In this document: positions 24,031 to 36,949 of the stretch, in pieces
How positions within the stretch are numbered: position 1 is the stretch's first letter
Layout: the number at the start of each line of letters is the position of its first letter
Assembly (NCBI RefSeq): GCF_004010195.1
Contig: NC_057718.1
Coordinates: 11,151,524 to 11,212,656 of the forward strand
From: Chiloscyllium plagiosum
Taxonomy: Eukaryota
Reading direction: 5' to 3'
Length of the DNA: 61,133 nt
Notes under the pieces: generated by a model
Database searches by the model: none
Told to the model about the DNA's origin: nothing
The model's input: only the letters and a program-made list of their open reading frames with translations
Made by a program: the position numbers and the translations under genes

Positions 24031-24979
24031 TCGGGTGCTGTGTATTTTCTGCTGTTCTCTTTTCTGTCTCTCTCTCTGTCCCGATTCAGTAACCTTTGCA
24101 AAGAAGTGTGGGTGGGGAGGGGCAGGTGGGTGTGCTTTAAGAATGAGATGTACAACGTTTCCACCTTCCAAACTTGCCCAGTGATGTGAAAGACATCGCA
24201 CCAGGAGGTGATCCATTGGGAGACTTGGCATTTCTGGAGGGCATTGGCTTTTTCACAATGCCCTACTCATTCTCTCGCAGGGCATTCATTTCTCTGTGCA
24301 TCTACCCCTTGATCCCCAAGGTCCAATTGGCGTAGAAATAAAAAAGAGACAACTTGCATTTATATAGCGCCTTTCACAATCGCCAGATAGCTCAAAGCAG
24401 TTTACAGCCAAGGAAGCAACTTTGAACCATAGTTACTGCTGTAATGTAGGAAGCACAGCACTCAGTAACTCCTACAGACGGCAATGTGATAACTCCCAGG
24501 TAATCTCCTTCAGAAATGTTGGTAGAGAAGGAGTCCATAAGACCACACAAGCAGAATTAGGCCATTCAGCCCATCGGGTCTGCACTGCCATTTGATCATG
24601 GCTGAGGTGTTTCTCAACCTCATTCTCCTGCCTCCCCCCTGTAACCCCTGATCCCCTTGCTCATCAAGAACTGATTTATCTCTGTCTTAAATAAATTGTT
24701 TTGTTTCAGTAGTTTGACCAGTCACATTTCATCTGGTACTTATATTTACCTTTTAAAATAAAAGAAGAGTTGGGTCCAGTCTATGTTAAATTATTTTGAG
24801 GGAGTCTAATCTGGACCATAACATCAAATTGCAGTTTCTCATCAAGTCACCTATCAGACATCATTGTGCAGAGTGTAATTGCAACAGTGATCGTTTTAAA
24901 AGCAGGATTTCTTTAATTCAATGTCTATTAATTAACAAGCAAACCAGATATAACATTTCTGAGGATTCTTGTAGTTTGG

Positions 24980-25300
24980 GGGCACCATGGTGGCTCAGTG
25001 GTTAGCACTGCTGCCTCACAGCACCAGGGACCCGGGTTCGATTCCATCCTCGGACGACTGTCTGTGTGGAGTTTGCACATTCTCCCCGTGTCTGCGTGGG
25101 TTTCCTCTGGGTGCTCCGGTTTCCTCCCACAGTCCAAAGATGTGCAGGTCAGGTGCTATATTGCCCATAGTGTTAGGTGCCTTAGTCAGGGGTAAATACA
25201 GGATAGGGGAATGGGTCTGGGTAGGTTACTCTTCGGAGGATTGGTGTGGACTTGTTGGGTCAAAGGGCTTGTTTCTATACTGTTGGGAATCTAATCTAAA
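24980..25300 (+). mobile_element. HE1-like V-SINE
   Basis: Head, V-domain and aatctaatctaa tail. Confidence 0.9.
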
Positions 25301-25474
25301 TGCTCCCAATGACTTGGCTTCCACAGCCCAGTGCAGCAATGAGCTCCTGTCTGGCTGACAAAATTCCACCTCATCTCAGATCTCAGCTCTAAAGAGTCGT
25401 CCCTTCACTCTGAGGCTATGTCCTCGGGTCCTGGTCTCTCTGACTGGTGGAGACATCTTCTCTACGTCCACTAC

Positions 25475-26058
25475 ATACAGGCCGCCTACTTGCGAAGCGC
25501 TTCAGAGAACACCTCTGGGACACCCGGACCAACCAACCCAACCACCCTGTGGCTCAACACTTCAACTCCCCCTCCCACTCCACCAAGAATATGCAAGTCT
25601 TTGGACTCCTCCATCGCCAGACCACAACAAAACGACGATTGGAGGAAGAGCGCCTCATCTTCCGCCTAGGAACCCTCCAACCACAAGGAATGAACTCGGA
25701 TTTCACCAGTTTCCTCATTTCCCCTCACCCCACCTTGTCTCAGTCAAATCCATCGAACTCAGCACCGCCTTCCTAACCTGCAATCTTCTTCCTCACCTCT
25801 CCGCCCCCACCCCAGTCTGACCTATCACCCTCACCTTGACCTCTTTCCACCTATCACATTTCCGACGTCCCTCCCCCAAGTCCCTCCTCCCTACCTTTTA
25901 TCTCAGCCTGTTGGACAAACTTTCCTCATTCCTGAAGAAGGGCTTATGCCCGAAACGTCGATTCTCCTGTTCCCTGGATGCTGCCTGACCTGCTGCGCTT
26001 CTCCAGCAACACATTTTCAGCTCTGATCTCCAGCATCTGCAGACCTCACTTTCTCCTC
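25475..26058 (+). mobile_element. Penelope-like retroelement 3' part (GIY-YIG endonuclease C-terminus plus terminus with hammerhead-like core), inserted in a minus-strand CR1 fragment
   Basis: TGRLLAKRFREHLWDTRTNQPNHPVAQHFNSPSHS...RRLEEERLIFRLGTLQPQGMN. Core ctgaagaagggcttatgcccgaaacgtc at 25932-25959. Confidence 0.9.
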
Positions 26059-26308
26059 TCAGTATTATGTATGTTTCAATCAGATCTCCCCATATCCATT
26101 GAGTACAGATCCAGAATTATCAACCGCTGCTGAAATGACAAGCCCTACCTCCCTGGGATCATTCTTGTAAACCTCCTGTGGACCCCCTCCAATACCAGCA
26201 CATCCTTCCTTAGGTATGGGGCCCAAATGTATTTACAACATTGATATGCAGGACACCAGACGTAACTCCCCGGCTCCCCAATGATTTTGTGGGAGACTTT
26301 TACAATGA

Positions 26309-26516
26309 ATCGAAGAGTGTTGCGCTGGAAAAGCACAGCCAGTCAGACAGCATCCGAGGAGCAGGAGAATCAATGTTTTGAGCATAAGTCCTTCATCAGA
26401 AATGGCCCAAAACGTCAACTTTCCTGCTCCTCGGATGCTGCCTGACTGGCTGCGCTTTTCCAGCACCACACTCTTCGACTCTGATCTCCAGCATCTGCAG
26501 TCCTCACTTTCTCCTT
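26309..26516 (+). mobile_element. Palindromic Penelope-terminus insertion (family A)
   Basis: Inverted arms around about 26400. TSD cttttacaatga at 26297-26308 and 26519-26530. Confidence 0.85.
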
Positions 26517-26855
26517 GTCTTTTACAATGACCCAAGCAGTCAGTTAGGTACTTGTTACCTTCAAAGAGATGACACACCAACAAGGCCCCACTCCCACCAT
26601 TCAGCGCAGTATGTGTCAGCCCTCATGTTGGGTGCATGCAGCAGACTGGACTTGAATCTGGAACCTTGTGACTCAGGGGACGTGCAGCTGAATCATAGAA
26701 TGATGCAAGACAAAGGGAAACCATTCTGCCCATCGTAACTCTGCAGGCTCTTTGAACGAGGTATTCAATTAGTCCCACGCCCCAAGCTGCTTTTCCCACA
26801 CATCCCCAAAAGAAACTTTTCAAGTGTTTATCCAATTCTGTTTTGAAGGTTACTA

Positions 26856-26953
26856 CGGAGGAACCTCGATTATACAAAGGACACAGGAGGGATTATTTCG
26901 TTCAGTTATTCGAATGCCTGATAATCTAATGCCAGACAATCAAGGTTCCTCTG
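26856..26953. mobile_element. Tc1/mariner (pogo/Tigger-like) MITE
   Basis: TA|cggaggaacctcgatt...aatcaaggttcctctg|TA terminal inverted repeats with a TA duplication. Same family as 54429-54600. Confidence 0.75.
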
Positions 26954-27444
26954 TACTGCATTATGCTTCCACTAAACTTTCAGAGAATGCAATTTAGATC
27001 ATAGTATTTCACTGTGACAAACATTTCTCCTCAGATCCCTTTGCCAATGATCACACATTTCATTTCCCCTTGTTCCTGCCTGCTGACCAGCGATGGAGCT
27101 CATAGCAAGTCATTGCTGAGGAGGGAAACACATTTGCAATAATTTTCAGTCTCACACTCATCAGGACCAGGTGCAAGAATGCCAAATTTCAGAGGGACCA
27201 TCAATACTACTGCATGGGAAAGAGGTTGGCTGGCATTTCAACTGTGTTTCAGATCCTGAATAACCTTGGCAGGTGGACACAGAAGAGATATTTCCTTTTG
27301 TGTTTTAATCTAAAACTAGAGTGCACTGTTTTAAAGGTAGGCATCTCCCTTTTCGGACAGAGACAAGGAGATATTTTTCCTCTCAGAGGCTTTGCATCTT
27401 TGAATCTCTGCCTCAGGATGGGGTGGAGGGGAAAGATGTCTTAG

Positions 27445-27762
27445 AACTTAGAAGCCCCACAGTGTGGGAACAGGCCCTTCAGCCCAGAAAGTACAAAGAG
27501 TATCCCACCCAGACCCATTCTCATTTTCCCATACATTTCCCCTGACTAATGCAACTAACACTACGGGCAATTTACCATGGCCAATTCACCTGACCTGTAC
27601 ATCTTTGGATGGTGGAAGGAAACTGGAGCACCTGGAGGAAACCCACGCAGACATGGGGAGAATGTGCAAACTCCACAGAGATAGTCGCCCGAGGCTGGAA
27701 CCAAACATATGTCCCTGGCGCTGTGAGGCAGCAGTGCTAACCACTGAGCCATCAGGCCGCCC
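27445..27762 (-). mobile_element. HE1-like V-SINE nested in a CR1 fragment (about 27245-27935)
   Basis: Reverse complement of the HE1-like body. CR1 sequence resumes at 27765. Confidence 0.85.
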
Positions 27763-29219
27763 TTTGCCATCTTTGAATATTTTTAAGATGGAGGTGGAGA
27801 CATTCTGTTTAGACACAGGAGTGGAGGGTTATCAAGAAGAGATGGGAATGTGGAAGTCAGAACACAAACAGGTCACCCTGATCTTATTGAACAGCAGAGA
27901 CTCAAGGGGTCAAGCGTTTGACCTACTGCCCTAATATCTGCTCCCGTGACTCAGTGACAAATCAGTTCTGTTAATGCTTCTGTGAAGCCTGTTGAGGCAT
28001 TGGTGCTGTGTTAAAGGTGCTATATAAATGCAAGATGTTGTTGAAGAGACAGAATATTTCACCTAGCAATGAAAGAAGGAGAAATGAACAAAAATAATAC
28101 GTGGGTTACTAGTAAAAGCTTCAATCGTGGAAACCACTGGAGGAGGTCATTCGACCCATTGGATCCCTTTCGAGGAATAATTGAATTTTTCCCATTCCAA
28201 TATCCTGCAACAGATTCTCCTCCAGGTCTTCATTCTATTCTCTTTTGAAAGCAACTATTGATTAAATTTATATGAACGTCTCACAGAGTGCATTTGAAGT
28301 CCTAACCACTCAATGGGTAAAAAAATGTTTACCTCCTGTACATCTCTGCTTGTTCTCTAATCATCTTGAATCTGTTGCTGCTAGTTATCCAGTTCTTAGA
28401 CATTAGAAGATAGCAGCTGAAGACACTTGAACAAGGGGGGGGGGGATCTGTTAAAAAAGATTGAGAAGTACCATCTCTAAATTTAAGCCTTTTCCTGGTA
28501 GGCCGGGACCTTCCATACAGAATGAACAATGGGGGGGAACTGTACATATGAATAGGACTGTCAGGAGTCATGGGGCTTTGTACAAAACCTTCCCGCATGA
28601 CAATAGTTTGACCTGGTGAGGTAGTACAGTCTCAGGTCATTTTGCTGTGGGGTGCACAGAGTTCAGACGCTTTAACGTCTGATTTCCTTTTCAGAAGAAA
28701 GGACCCCTGTGAGGCGGTCCAGCACCTGGGTTTGGAGAGCATAATATTCATTTGCATTACCTGGCAGTGCTCCTCCACAGCTGCATCCCATATGTGAGTG
28801 CTCCGGGGAAGGACGTCCATTTCCATAGCGCCTTTCATGTCTCCCAGGAGACACGTTTCACTGAGTGAAAGAAATCCGAAGTGTAGTCTAAAAAAGGCCA
28901 GCCATTTTGCTCACAGCAAACAGCAACGCACTAATGATCAGATTGCGGGCTTTCTCGATCGAGAAATAAACATTTATCGTGGGGAACCTGCCTTTCCTTC
29001 ATCAAAAAATTCAAAACGGCACCCTTTAGTGTTTCCTGCAGACGACAGGGAGGGCCTTGGTTTTAATGTCTGTAAAATACCACCTTCAGCAGGTGCCCCC
29101 CACAGTAAGTATCAGCTCAAATTTAACAAGATGTATGGATTGGGCCATGTCCCTTTAGCTGTCAATGTCAGACACGGGACAGATACCCACTGAGCTGTAG
29201 CTGGCATCTTACCCAGGTT

Positions 29220-29431
29220 GGAGGAGAAAGTGAGGTCTGCAGATGCTGGAGATCAGAGCTGGAAATGTGTTGCTGGAAAAGCGCAGCAGGTCAGGCAGCA
29301 TCCAGGGAACAGGAGAATCGACATTTCGGGCATAAGCCCTTCCTGAAGAAGGGCTTATGCCCGAAACGTCGATTCTCCTGTTCCCTGGATGCTGCCTGAC
29401 CTGCTGCGCTTTTCCAGCAATACATTTCCAG
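29220..29431 (-). mobile_element. Palindromic Penelope-terminus insertion (family A) with perfect 14-bp TSD
   Basis: 84-bp arms at 29259-29342 and 29348-29431 with 2 mismatches. TSD atcttacccaggtt at 29206-29219 and 29432-29445. Intact core on + at 29343-29370. Confidence 0.92.
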
Positions 29432-29524
29432 ATCTTACCCAGGTTCCTTTGTACTGGAGAAGTGCAGCCAATACCAGTGGCTATACAAGGCACAACAGCT
29501 TGTGTTTTCACCAGTCTCTCAGCA

Positions 29525-30007
29525 ACATAGAATCCCTGCAGTGTGGATATAGGCTCTTTGGCCCAACAAGTCCACACTGACCCTCTGAAGAGTAACCCAC
29601 CCAGATCCATTCCCCTACATTTACCCTGACTAACACTACGGGCAATTTAGTATGGCCAATTCACCTGACCGGCACATCTTTGGATTGTGGGAGGAAACCT
29701 GAGCACCCGGAGGAAACCCACGCAGACACGGGGAGAATGTGCAAACTCCACACAGACAGTCGCCCAAGGCTGGAATCGAACCTGGGAACCTGGTGCTGTG
29801 AGGCAGCAGCACTGAGCCACCATGCCGCCCAATTCAATTTAGCATGGCCAATTCATCTAATCTGCACATCTTTGGACTGTGGGAGGAAACCCACGCAGAC
29901 ACAGGGAGAATGTGCAAACTCCACACAGACAGTCGCCCGAGGCTGGAATCGAACCTGGGTTCCTGGCACTGAGAGGCAGCAGTGCTTACTGCTGAGTCAC
30001 TATGCCA
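29525..30007 (-). mobile_element. Two adjacent HE1-like V-SINEs (about 29525-29830 and 29833-30007)
   Basis: Two successive reverse-complement heads and V-domains. Confidence 0.88.
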
Positions 30008-30756
30008 AGGCTTCAGGCTGTAGAGAGAGAGAGAGAGACAAAAAAAATTAAAAGGATTGAGCGCATCCATCACGCTCGTATACTCTGCATCAATCAGAAA
30101 CCCAACAGTTCAGCAGAGAGTAAAGGCTGAATACGGGGTTGGGAGGAGGTGGGAAAAGCTTAAAATAGAGAAGGAGAAAATAAAAATCTAGAATTCAGAG
30201 CTAGCCTACATTAAACCATGTAACCACTGTTGTTTGTTTGTATAATTTCCTTTAGGGAAGGAAATCTACCATCCTTAGCCAGTCTGCCCCTAAGGGGTGA
30301 AGGTAGGGAGGTAGGGAGTTGGATTAAAATGGAGTCAGGTGGAGTGGGTAACAAGCATTCTAGCCCCTGCAGTGCCCACCTCTCTCTGTAAAGGCATCAA
30401 GGGTTTTGGCAAGGGCACCCAGGCATAAACATTGCCATGAGAGAGGGGCAGGGAGTCAGTGATTATGAGTCCTCCATAGCTCACTATCTGGCCTTGTTAA
30501 TGGCCAATTCCCCCAGGTGATTGAATCGTTTCTCCCCCATGAATTTCAACTGAGTCACTTGGAGCAATGCTGCACTTTTCAAACCTGCCAACCTACTTGT
30601 AAATCTCCTCTGTACTCTCTCCAGAACTATACGTCCTTTCTCTAATATGGTGACCACAAAGTAAATGTCTCTCCCCTTTTGACAATCACCTTACATCTGG
30701 TCCTCTCCTCTGCTACCTCTAGGAACAGTTCATGACCCTCATGATTTTGCCCAGCT

Positions 30757-31290
30757 CTTTTTTTTAACATATTTTTATTAAGAAAAAATCGATTTTTAAA
30801 TATTATACCAAATACAAAACAATGCAATTCAAAACAGTACAAAAATAGTACAAAACTAAACCCAAATAATAAAGGCAGATAAATCTGTGTCCAGGTATTT
30901 CAAAAAGGTTGCTATGTCTTGTAAAAATTCTCAGTTTTGTGATGTACCATATTTGTGAGAAAATCCAGGGGAATATGCTCCACAACAATCTTCCGCCAAC
31001 CCGACAGGCCTGGGGGGGTTTTCTGATATCCAACCTAGCAAGATATTCTTCCTTGCACAGAATGTAAGAATATTGAAAAGTTTTGCCTTATGCGCGTCTG
31101 CAGGAAATACAATGGGTAGGCCCAAAAGGAGCGAAATAGGGTCCTTCTCCACCCCTACACCTAAAATCCTCTCCATTGCACCCGCCACAGCGCTCCAATA
31201 TGTTTGAAGCCTGTCACAAGACCAAAGACACTGGGTAGGAGTGCCCGTACAGACCTTGCACTTGGGACATGCCCAGCTGTTTTGAATGTT
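30757..31290 (-). mobile_element. L1/Tx1-like LINE 3' end
   Basis: Peptide DPISLLLGLP...KLFNILTFCARKNILLGWISENPP, T-rich 3' UTR and poly(A) (poly-T on + at about 30758). Homologous to 51655-52655. Confidence 0.75.
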
Positions 31291-31894
31291 CTCACAAACT
31301 TCCTGTCTCTGGGGTGAACCCAGTTCAGTTTCTCCAATCTATTCACATGACAGCAATCTTTCATGAGACACTGAGTGTCCCGGGATATGTTGGGGATGAG
31401 GACTGAGCACAGAAAGGTGCCGTGTTATTTTAACACAAATACAGAACCCACGCTGGGCTCAGTACCTGACAAACTCACCTCTAACTCAGGATGCTGCAGG
31501 CTCAAGCAGAGAAAAGATCATATACCAGGGGAGACAGTGCTCACAGTCACTGGGTTGGAATTCAGAGACCCAGACTTATTTCACAATACAGCATAGCAAG
31601 ATCCCAGAAGCTCAGAGCCCTTTTGATGTCTTCCCAAGCTGCTGCCTGAGGAATTTGTCCTAGAGCGTGGAAAGGCTCCCATTAACTTTTTTACATCACA
31701 GGAGAGGCCAAACCAGAACTTCAGTTTACCGTCTCATCTGAGAAATGACAGTGCAGCACTCCCTCAGTACCAGACTAGATTATTCTTTATTCTTTCCCGA
31801 GACATTGGCACTGTTGGCAATGCCAACATTTGTTGCCCACCCCTAATTGCCCTTGAACTGAGTGGCTTGGTAAGACCATTACAGAGGGTAATTA

Positions 31895-32076
31895 GGAGCA
31901 AGTGAGGACTGCAGATGCTGGAGATCAGAGTCAGAGAGTGTGGTGCTGGAAAAGCACAGCAGGTCAGGCAGCATCCGAGGAGCAGGAGAATCGACGTTTC
32001 AGGCATAAGCCCTTTATCAGGAAAGTGATGAAGAGCTTATGCCTGAAACGTCGACCCTTCAGCACCACACTTTTCG
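31895..32076 (-). mobile_element. Palindromic Penelope-terminus insertion (family A) inside a SINE
   Basis: Inverted cores around 32020. TSD acagagggtaatta (31881-31894) / acagaggatagtta (32077-32090). Confidence 0.82.
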
Positions 32077-32729
32077 ACAGAGGATAGTTAAGAGTCAACC
32101 ACGTTGCTGTGGGACTAGTGTCACATACGAAGTAAGGACAACATGTTTAATTCTCTGGAGATCATCAATGATCCTATTGGGGATTTTCTTTCTAATTATT
32201 TGAATTCTCAGGGGTAGTGTATACCTCCCGATGACAAACCCACAGCTTCACAGTCACTTTTACTGACAACCAACCTTTTAGCCCAGTCTTCCTTTCAAAA
32301 ACACCAAATTTTTATCTTGCCCTGAATTCATTGTTTTTGAGCATTAACATGAAAATGAAAACAACACATTTGTTTTCCTAAGTTTGGTTCTTCAGTGATT
32401 GGACAAGTCTTGGCATGCCAATTCCAGGCAACATCTTGCAAAATCAGCAAACAATGATCCAAGTGGTAGTGGCCTGAAAATGGTCTTGATTAAAGGTTCC
32501 ACTCCCCAAGGAAGAGATTGTTCGCTGGTGGGACGAGGGTCAGAGTTCGGAGGTTAGAGTCTAAGCAGCTGAAGGTCGCCGGGGTGGAGCAAAGACGATC
32601 GAGGAGCCCAGACCTCGGAGAGAGATGGAAGAGGTTACAGAGGTGGGATTGACAAGGCCAATGAAGGATTTGGAAATGAGGAAGGAAAGGGTTTTCATTT
32701 AGACAGCATGACCACTGGGCACTTTATAG

Positions 32730-33185
32730 GGTTCAGATTTACAAGGATGTTGCCAGTGTTGGAGGGTTTGAGCTACAGGGAGAGGCTGAATAGGCTGAGG
32801 TTACCTTCTCAGGAGGCTGAGGGATGACCTTATAGAGGTTTATAGAATCATGAAGGGCATGGATAGGGTACACAGACAAGGTCTTTTCCTCAGGGTGGGG
32901 GAGTCCAGAATTAGAGGGCATAGGTTTAGTGTGAGGGGGAAAGATTTGAAAGGGACCTAAGGGGCAACCTTTTCATGCAGAGGGTGGTACGTGTATGGAA
33001 TGAGCTGCCAGAGGATGTGGTGGAGGCTGGTACAATAGCAATGTTTAAAAAGCATCTGGATGGGTATATGAATGGGAAGGGTTTAGTGGGATATGGGACA
33101 AGTGCTGGCAAATGGAACTAGATTAGTTTAGGATATCTGGTCAGCACGGAAGAGTTTCTGTGCTGTACGTCTCTCTGACTCAAAG
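32730..33185 (+). mobile_element. CR1/HER1 LINE 3' fragment
   Basis: Same nucleotide family as 3600-4050. Confidence 0.9.
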
Positions 33186-33634
33186 TGTAGTCACTGTTGT
33201 AATGTTGGATAAAACAATCCCACAACCAGCCATATAAGGCTGTTTGAGAGGTGCATTTGATTTGTGTAAACAGATTGGAGTCTGGGAGCTGCAGTCCCTG
33301 ACGAAGAGAAAGTTAAGAAATGATTTGATCAAAGTATTCTGTATTTCTGTATTTGCCAAGATATCCCAGTCCCATATTCCTAATCATGTCCTGAGTTCAT
33401 CTGCCTTCCCTGTTAGGCCTCTTGCATTGAAATAAATGCAGTTTAATTTATCAGTCCTACCTTGTTCTCTGCTTTGTCCCTCCCTGCCCTGACTGACTCG
33501 CTTCTTTTCTCAACTGTACCAATCTCAGATTGATCTCTTTCCTCATTATCTCCCTGGGTCCTAGCCCCCACCTTACTAGATTAAATCCTCCCAAGCAGCT
33601 CTAGCAAATCTCCCTGCCAGTATATTAGTACATA

Positions 33635-34430
33635 TAGAGTTTAATATAGATAAATGTGAGGTGCTGCATTTTGGGAAAGCAAATCTTATCAGGACTTATA
33701 CGCTTAATGGTTCAGGTCATAGTGAGTGTTGCTGAACAAAGAGACCTTGGAGTGCAGGTTCATAGCTCCTTGAAAGTGGAGTCGCAGGTAGATAAGATAG
33801 TGAAGAAGGCGTTTGTTATACTTTCCGTTATTGGTCAGAGTACAGAGGTCATGTTGCGGCTGTACAGGATATTGGTTAGGCCATAGTTGGAATTTTGCAT
33901 GCAATTCTGGTCTCCTTCCTATCGAAAGGATGTTGTGAAACTTGAAAGGGTTCAGAAAAGATTTACAAAGATGTTGCCAGGGTTGGAGGATTTGAGCAAT
34001 AAGGAGAGGCTGAACAGGCTGGGGCTGTTTTCCCTGGAACATCAGAGGCTGAGGGGTGGCCTTATAGAGGTTTATTAAATCATGAGGGGCATGGATAGGA
34101 TAAATAGGTAAAGTTTTTTTCCCTGGGGGAGTCCAGAACTAGAGGGCATAGGGTTAGGGTGAGAGGGGAAAGATATAAAAGAGACCTAAGGGGCAACTTT
34201 TTCACGCAGATGGTGGTACGTGTATGGAATGAGCTGCCAGAGGAAGTGATGGAGGCTGGTACAATTGCAACATTTAAGAGGCATTTGGATAGGTATATGA
34301 AAAGGAAGGGTTTGGAGGGATATGGGCCGGGTGCTGGCAGGTGGGACTAGATTGGGTTGGGATATCTGGTCGGCATGGACGGGTTGGATTGAAGGGTCTG
34401 TTTCTGTGCTATACATCTGTATGACTCTAT
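33635..34430 (+). mobile_element. CR1/HER1 LINE 3' fragment
   Basis: [46 protein letters not shown]. Confidence 0.9.
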
Positions 34431-34439
34431 TCAAAGTCA

Positions 34440-35875
34440 CAATAGACAATAGGTGCAGGAGAAGGCCATTCTACCCTTCGAGCCTGCACCACCATTCAAT
34501 ATGATCATGGCTGATCATCCTTAATCAGTATCCTGTTCCTGCCTTATCTCCATAACCCTTGATTCCACTATCCTTGAGAGCTCTATCCAACTCTTTCTTA
34601 AATGAATCCAGAGACTGGGCCGCCACTGCCCTCTGGGGCAGAGCATTCCACACACCCACCACACTCTGGGTGAAGAAGTTTCTCCTCATCTCTGTCCTAA
34701 ATGGCCTACCCTGTATTTTTAAGCTGTGTCCTCTGTTTCGGCACTCACCCATCAGCAGAAACATGTTTCCTGCTGCCAGAGTGTCCAATTTTTTCATAAT
34801 CTTATATGTCTCAATCAGATCCCCTCTCAGTCTTCTAAACTCAAGGGTATACAAGCCCAGTCGCTCCAGTCTTTCAGTGTAAGGTAATCCCGCCATTCCA
34901 GGAATTGACCTCGTGAACCTACGCTGCACTCCCTCAATAGCCAGAATGTCTTTCCTCAAATTTGGAGATCAGAACTGTACATAATACTCCAGGTGTGGTC
35001 TCACCAGGGCCCTGTACAGCTGCAGAAGAACCTCTTTGCTTCTATACTCAATCCCTCTTGTTATGAAGACCAGCATGCTATTAGCCTTCTTCACTACCTG
35101 CTGTACCTGCATGCTTACCTTCATTGACTGGTGTACAAGAACACCCAGATCTCTCTGTACTGCCCCTTTACCTAAATTGATTCCATTTAGGTAGTAATCT
35201 GCCTTCCTGTTCTTGCCACCAAAGTGGATAACCATACATTTATCCACATTAAACTGCATCTGCCATGCATCTGACCATTCACCTAACTTGTCCAGGTCCC
35301 AATACTGATCCCTGTGGTACCCCACTGGTCACTGCCTGCCATTCCGAAATGGACCTGTTTATCACTACTCTTTGTTTCCTATCAGCCAACCAACTTTCAA
35401 TCCAAGTTAGTACTTTGCCTTTAATACCATGCGCCCTAATTTTGCTCACTAACCTCCTATGTGGGACTTTATCAAAAGCTTTCTGAAAGTTCAGGTACAC
35501 TACATCTACTGGATCTCCCTCGTCCATCTTCAGAGTTACATCCTCAAAAAATTCCAGAAGATTAGTCAAGCATGATTTCCCCTTCATAAATCCATGCTGA
35601 CTCTGACCTATCCTGTTATTACTATCCAGATGTTTCATAATTTCATCCTTTATAATAGACTCCAGCATCTTTCCCACCACTGAGGTCAGACTAACTGGTC
35701 TTTAATTTCCTGCTTTCTATCTCCCACCTTTCATAAAAAGTGGTATAACATTAGCCACCCTCCAATCCGCAGGAACTGATCCCGAATCTATCGAACTCTG
35801 GAAAATAATCACCAACGCATCCACGATTTCTCGAGCCACCTCCTTCAGTACCCTGGGATGTAGACCATCAGACCC
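34440..35875 (-). mobile_element. CR1 LINE RT to 3' end
   Basis: SQHGFMKGKSCLTNLLEFFE...FQKAFDKVPHRRL...[13 protein letters not shown], followed by the 3' tail. Confidence 0.92.
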
Positions 35876-36949
35876 CGGAAGGAACTTCGGTGTTCTAGCT
35901 CAGGAGACACTGAAAATGAATATTCAGTATGGCCAACAGTTTAAGAAGGCATATAGTGTGGTGGCTTTTTTTGCAAGAGGATTGGAATATTGGAGTAACG
36001 ATACTTGTTGTGATTATCTAGGACCAGGTTCTTCCCAAAGTGGGTAATTCTGAAGATACGTCACTTGCCCTGAAACGTTAACTCTGATTTCTCTTCACAG
36101 ACCCAAGGGCCCAATTTTAGTCTTAACCATTTTTTTGCCTATCACATACCTAAAAAAACTTTTACTATCCTTCTTTATATTATTGGCCAGGAGCTGGACA
36201 CAGTAGATGAGGAGGAACTGTTTCCATTGGTGGAAAGTTTGAGAACAAGGGGGGCACAGATGTAAGGTAATGGGCAAGAGAAGCAATGATGATATGAACA
36301 AAAACCATTTCATTCTGTGGCGAGTTAGGAGCTGGAATGCATTTACCTGAGAATGAGGTCGAGGAAAGTTCAAACAGACCTTTCAACAGGGGTTTGGATA
36401 AGTATCTGAAAAGCAAGAATGGTCAGGATCACGGGGAGCAGTGTGAGATAAATTGATCCTTTGGAAAGCCACCACAATCTCAATGGGCCAAATGGTCTCC
36501 TGTTTAGTAATCACTCTGTGATTCCAGGGCAGCAGTGGCAGCTCATCACCTCCTCTTCAAGATACACTAAGGGAATTAGCAAGCTGGGCTCCTGTGGCAC
36601 AGTGGTAATGTTCCTACCTCTCGGCCAGTAGACCCAGGTTTAAATCCCACTTGCTCCAGAGGTGCATCATGCAATCGCTAAACAGGTTGATTCAAAAGTA
36701 TCCAGAAAGCAGACAGGGCCTCTGTTTGACACCTTGTCTACCAGACATCAAGACTGACTCTTGGTACTGCCCTGAGGTGTCAGCCTTACCTTTTATACTG
36801 GAGTGGGTACTGAACCCAGAACCTTACGACTGAGCAGCCAGTGTTCTCCCAGAGTGCCGAGGGAGTGGGATTATAAAACGGTTCTTTCCATTGGCTGGGA
36901 ATTAATGGCGATTAAAGATCCTAAACGATATTATTAAGCAAGAGAGGAT

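Noticed and set aside
29259..29431. Palindromes as DNA-transposon MITEs or miRNA genes
   Set aside because: The arms match the 3' terminus of GIY-YIG-encoding Penelope-like copies (25921-26058), the ends are asymmetric, and the spacers differ between copies.
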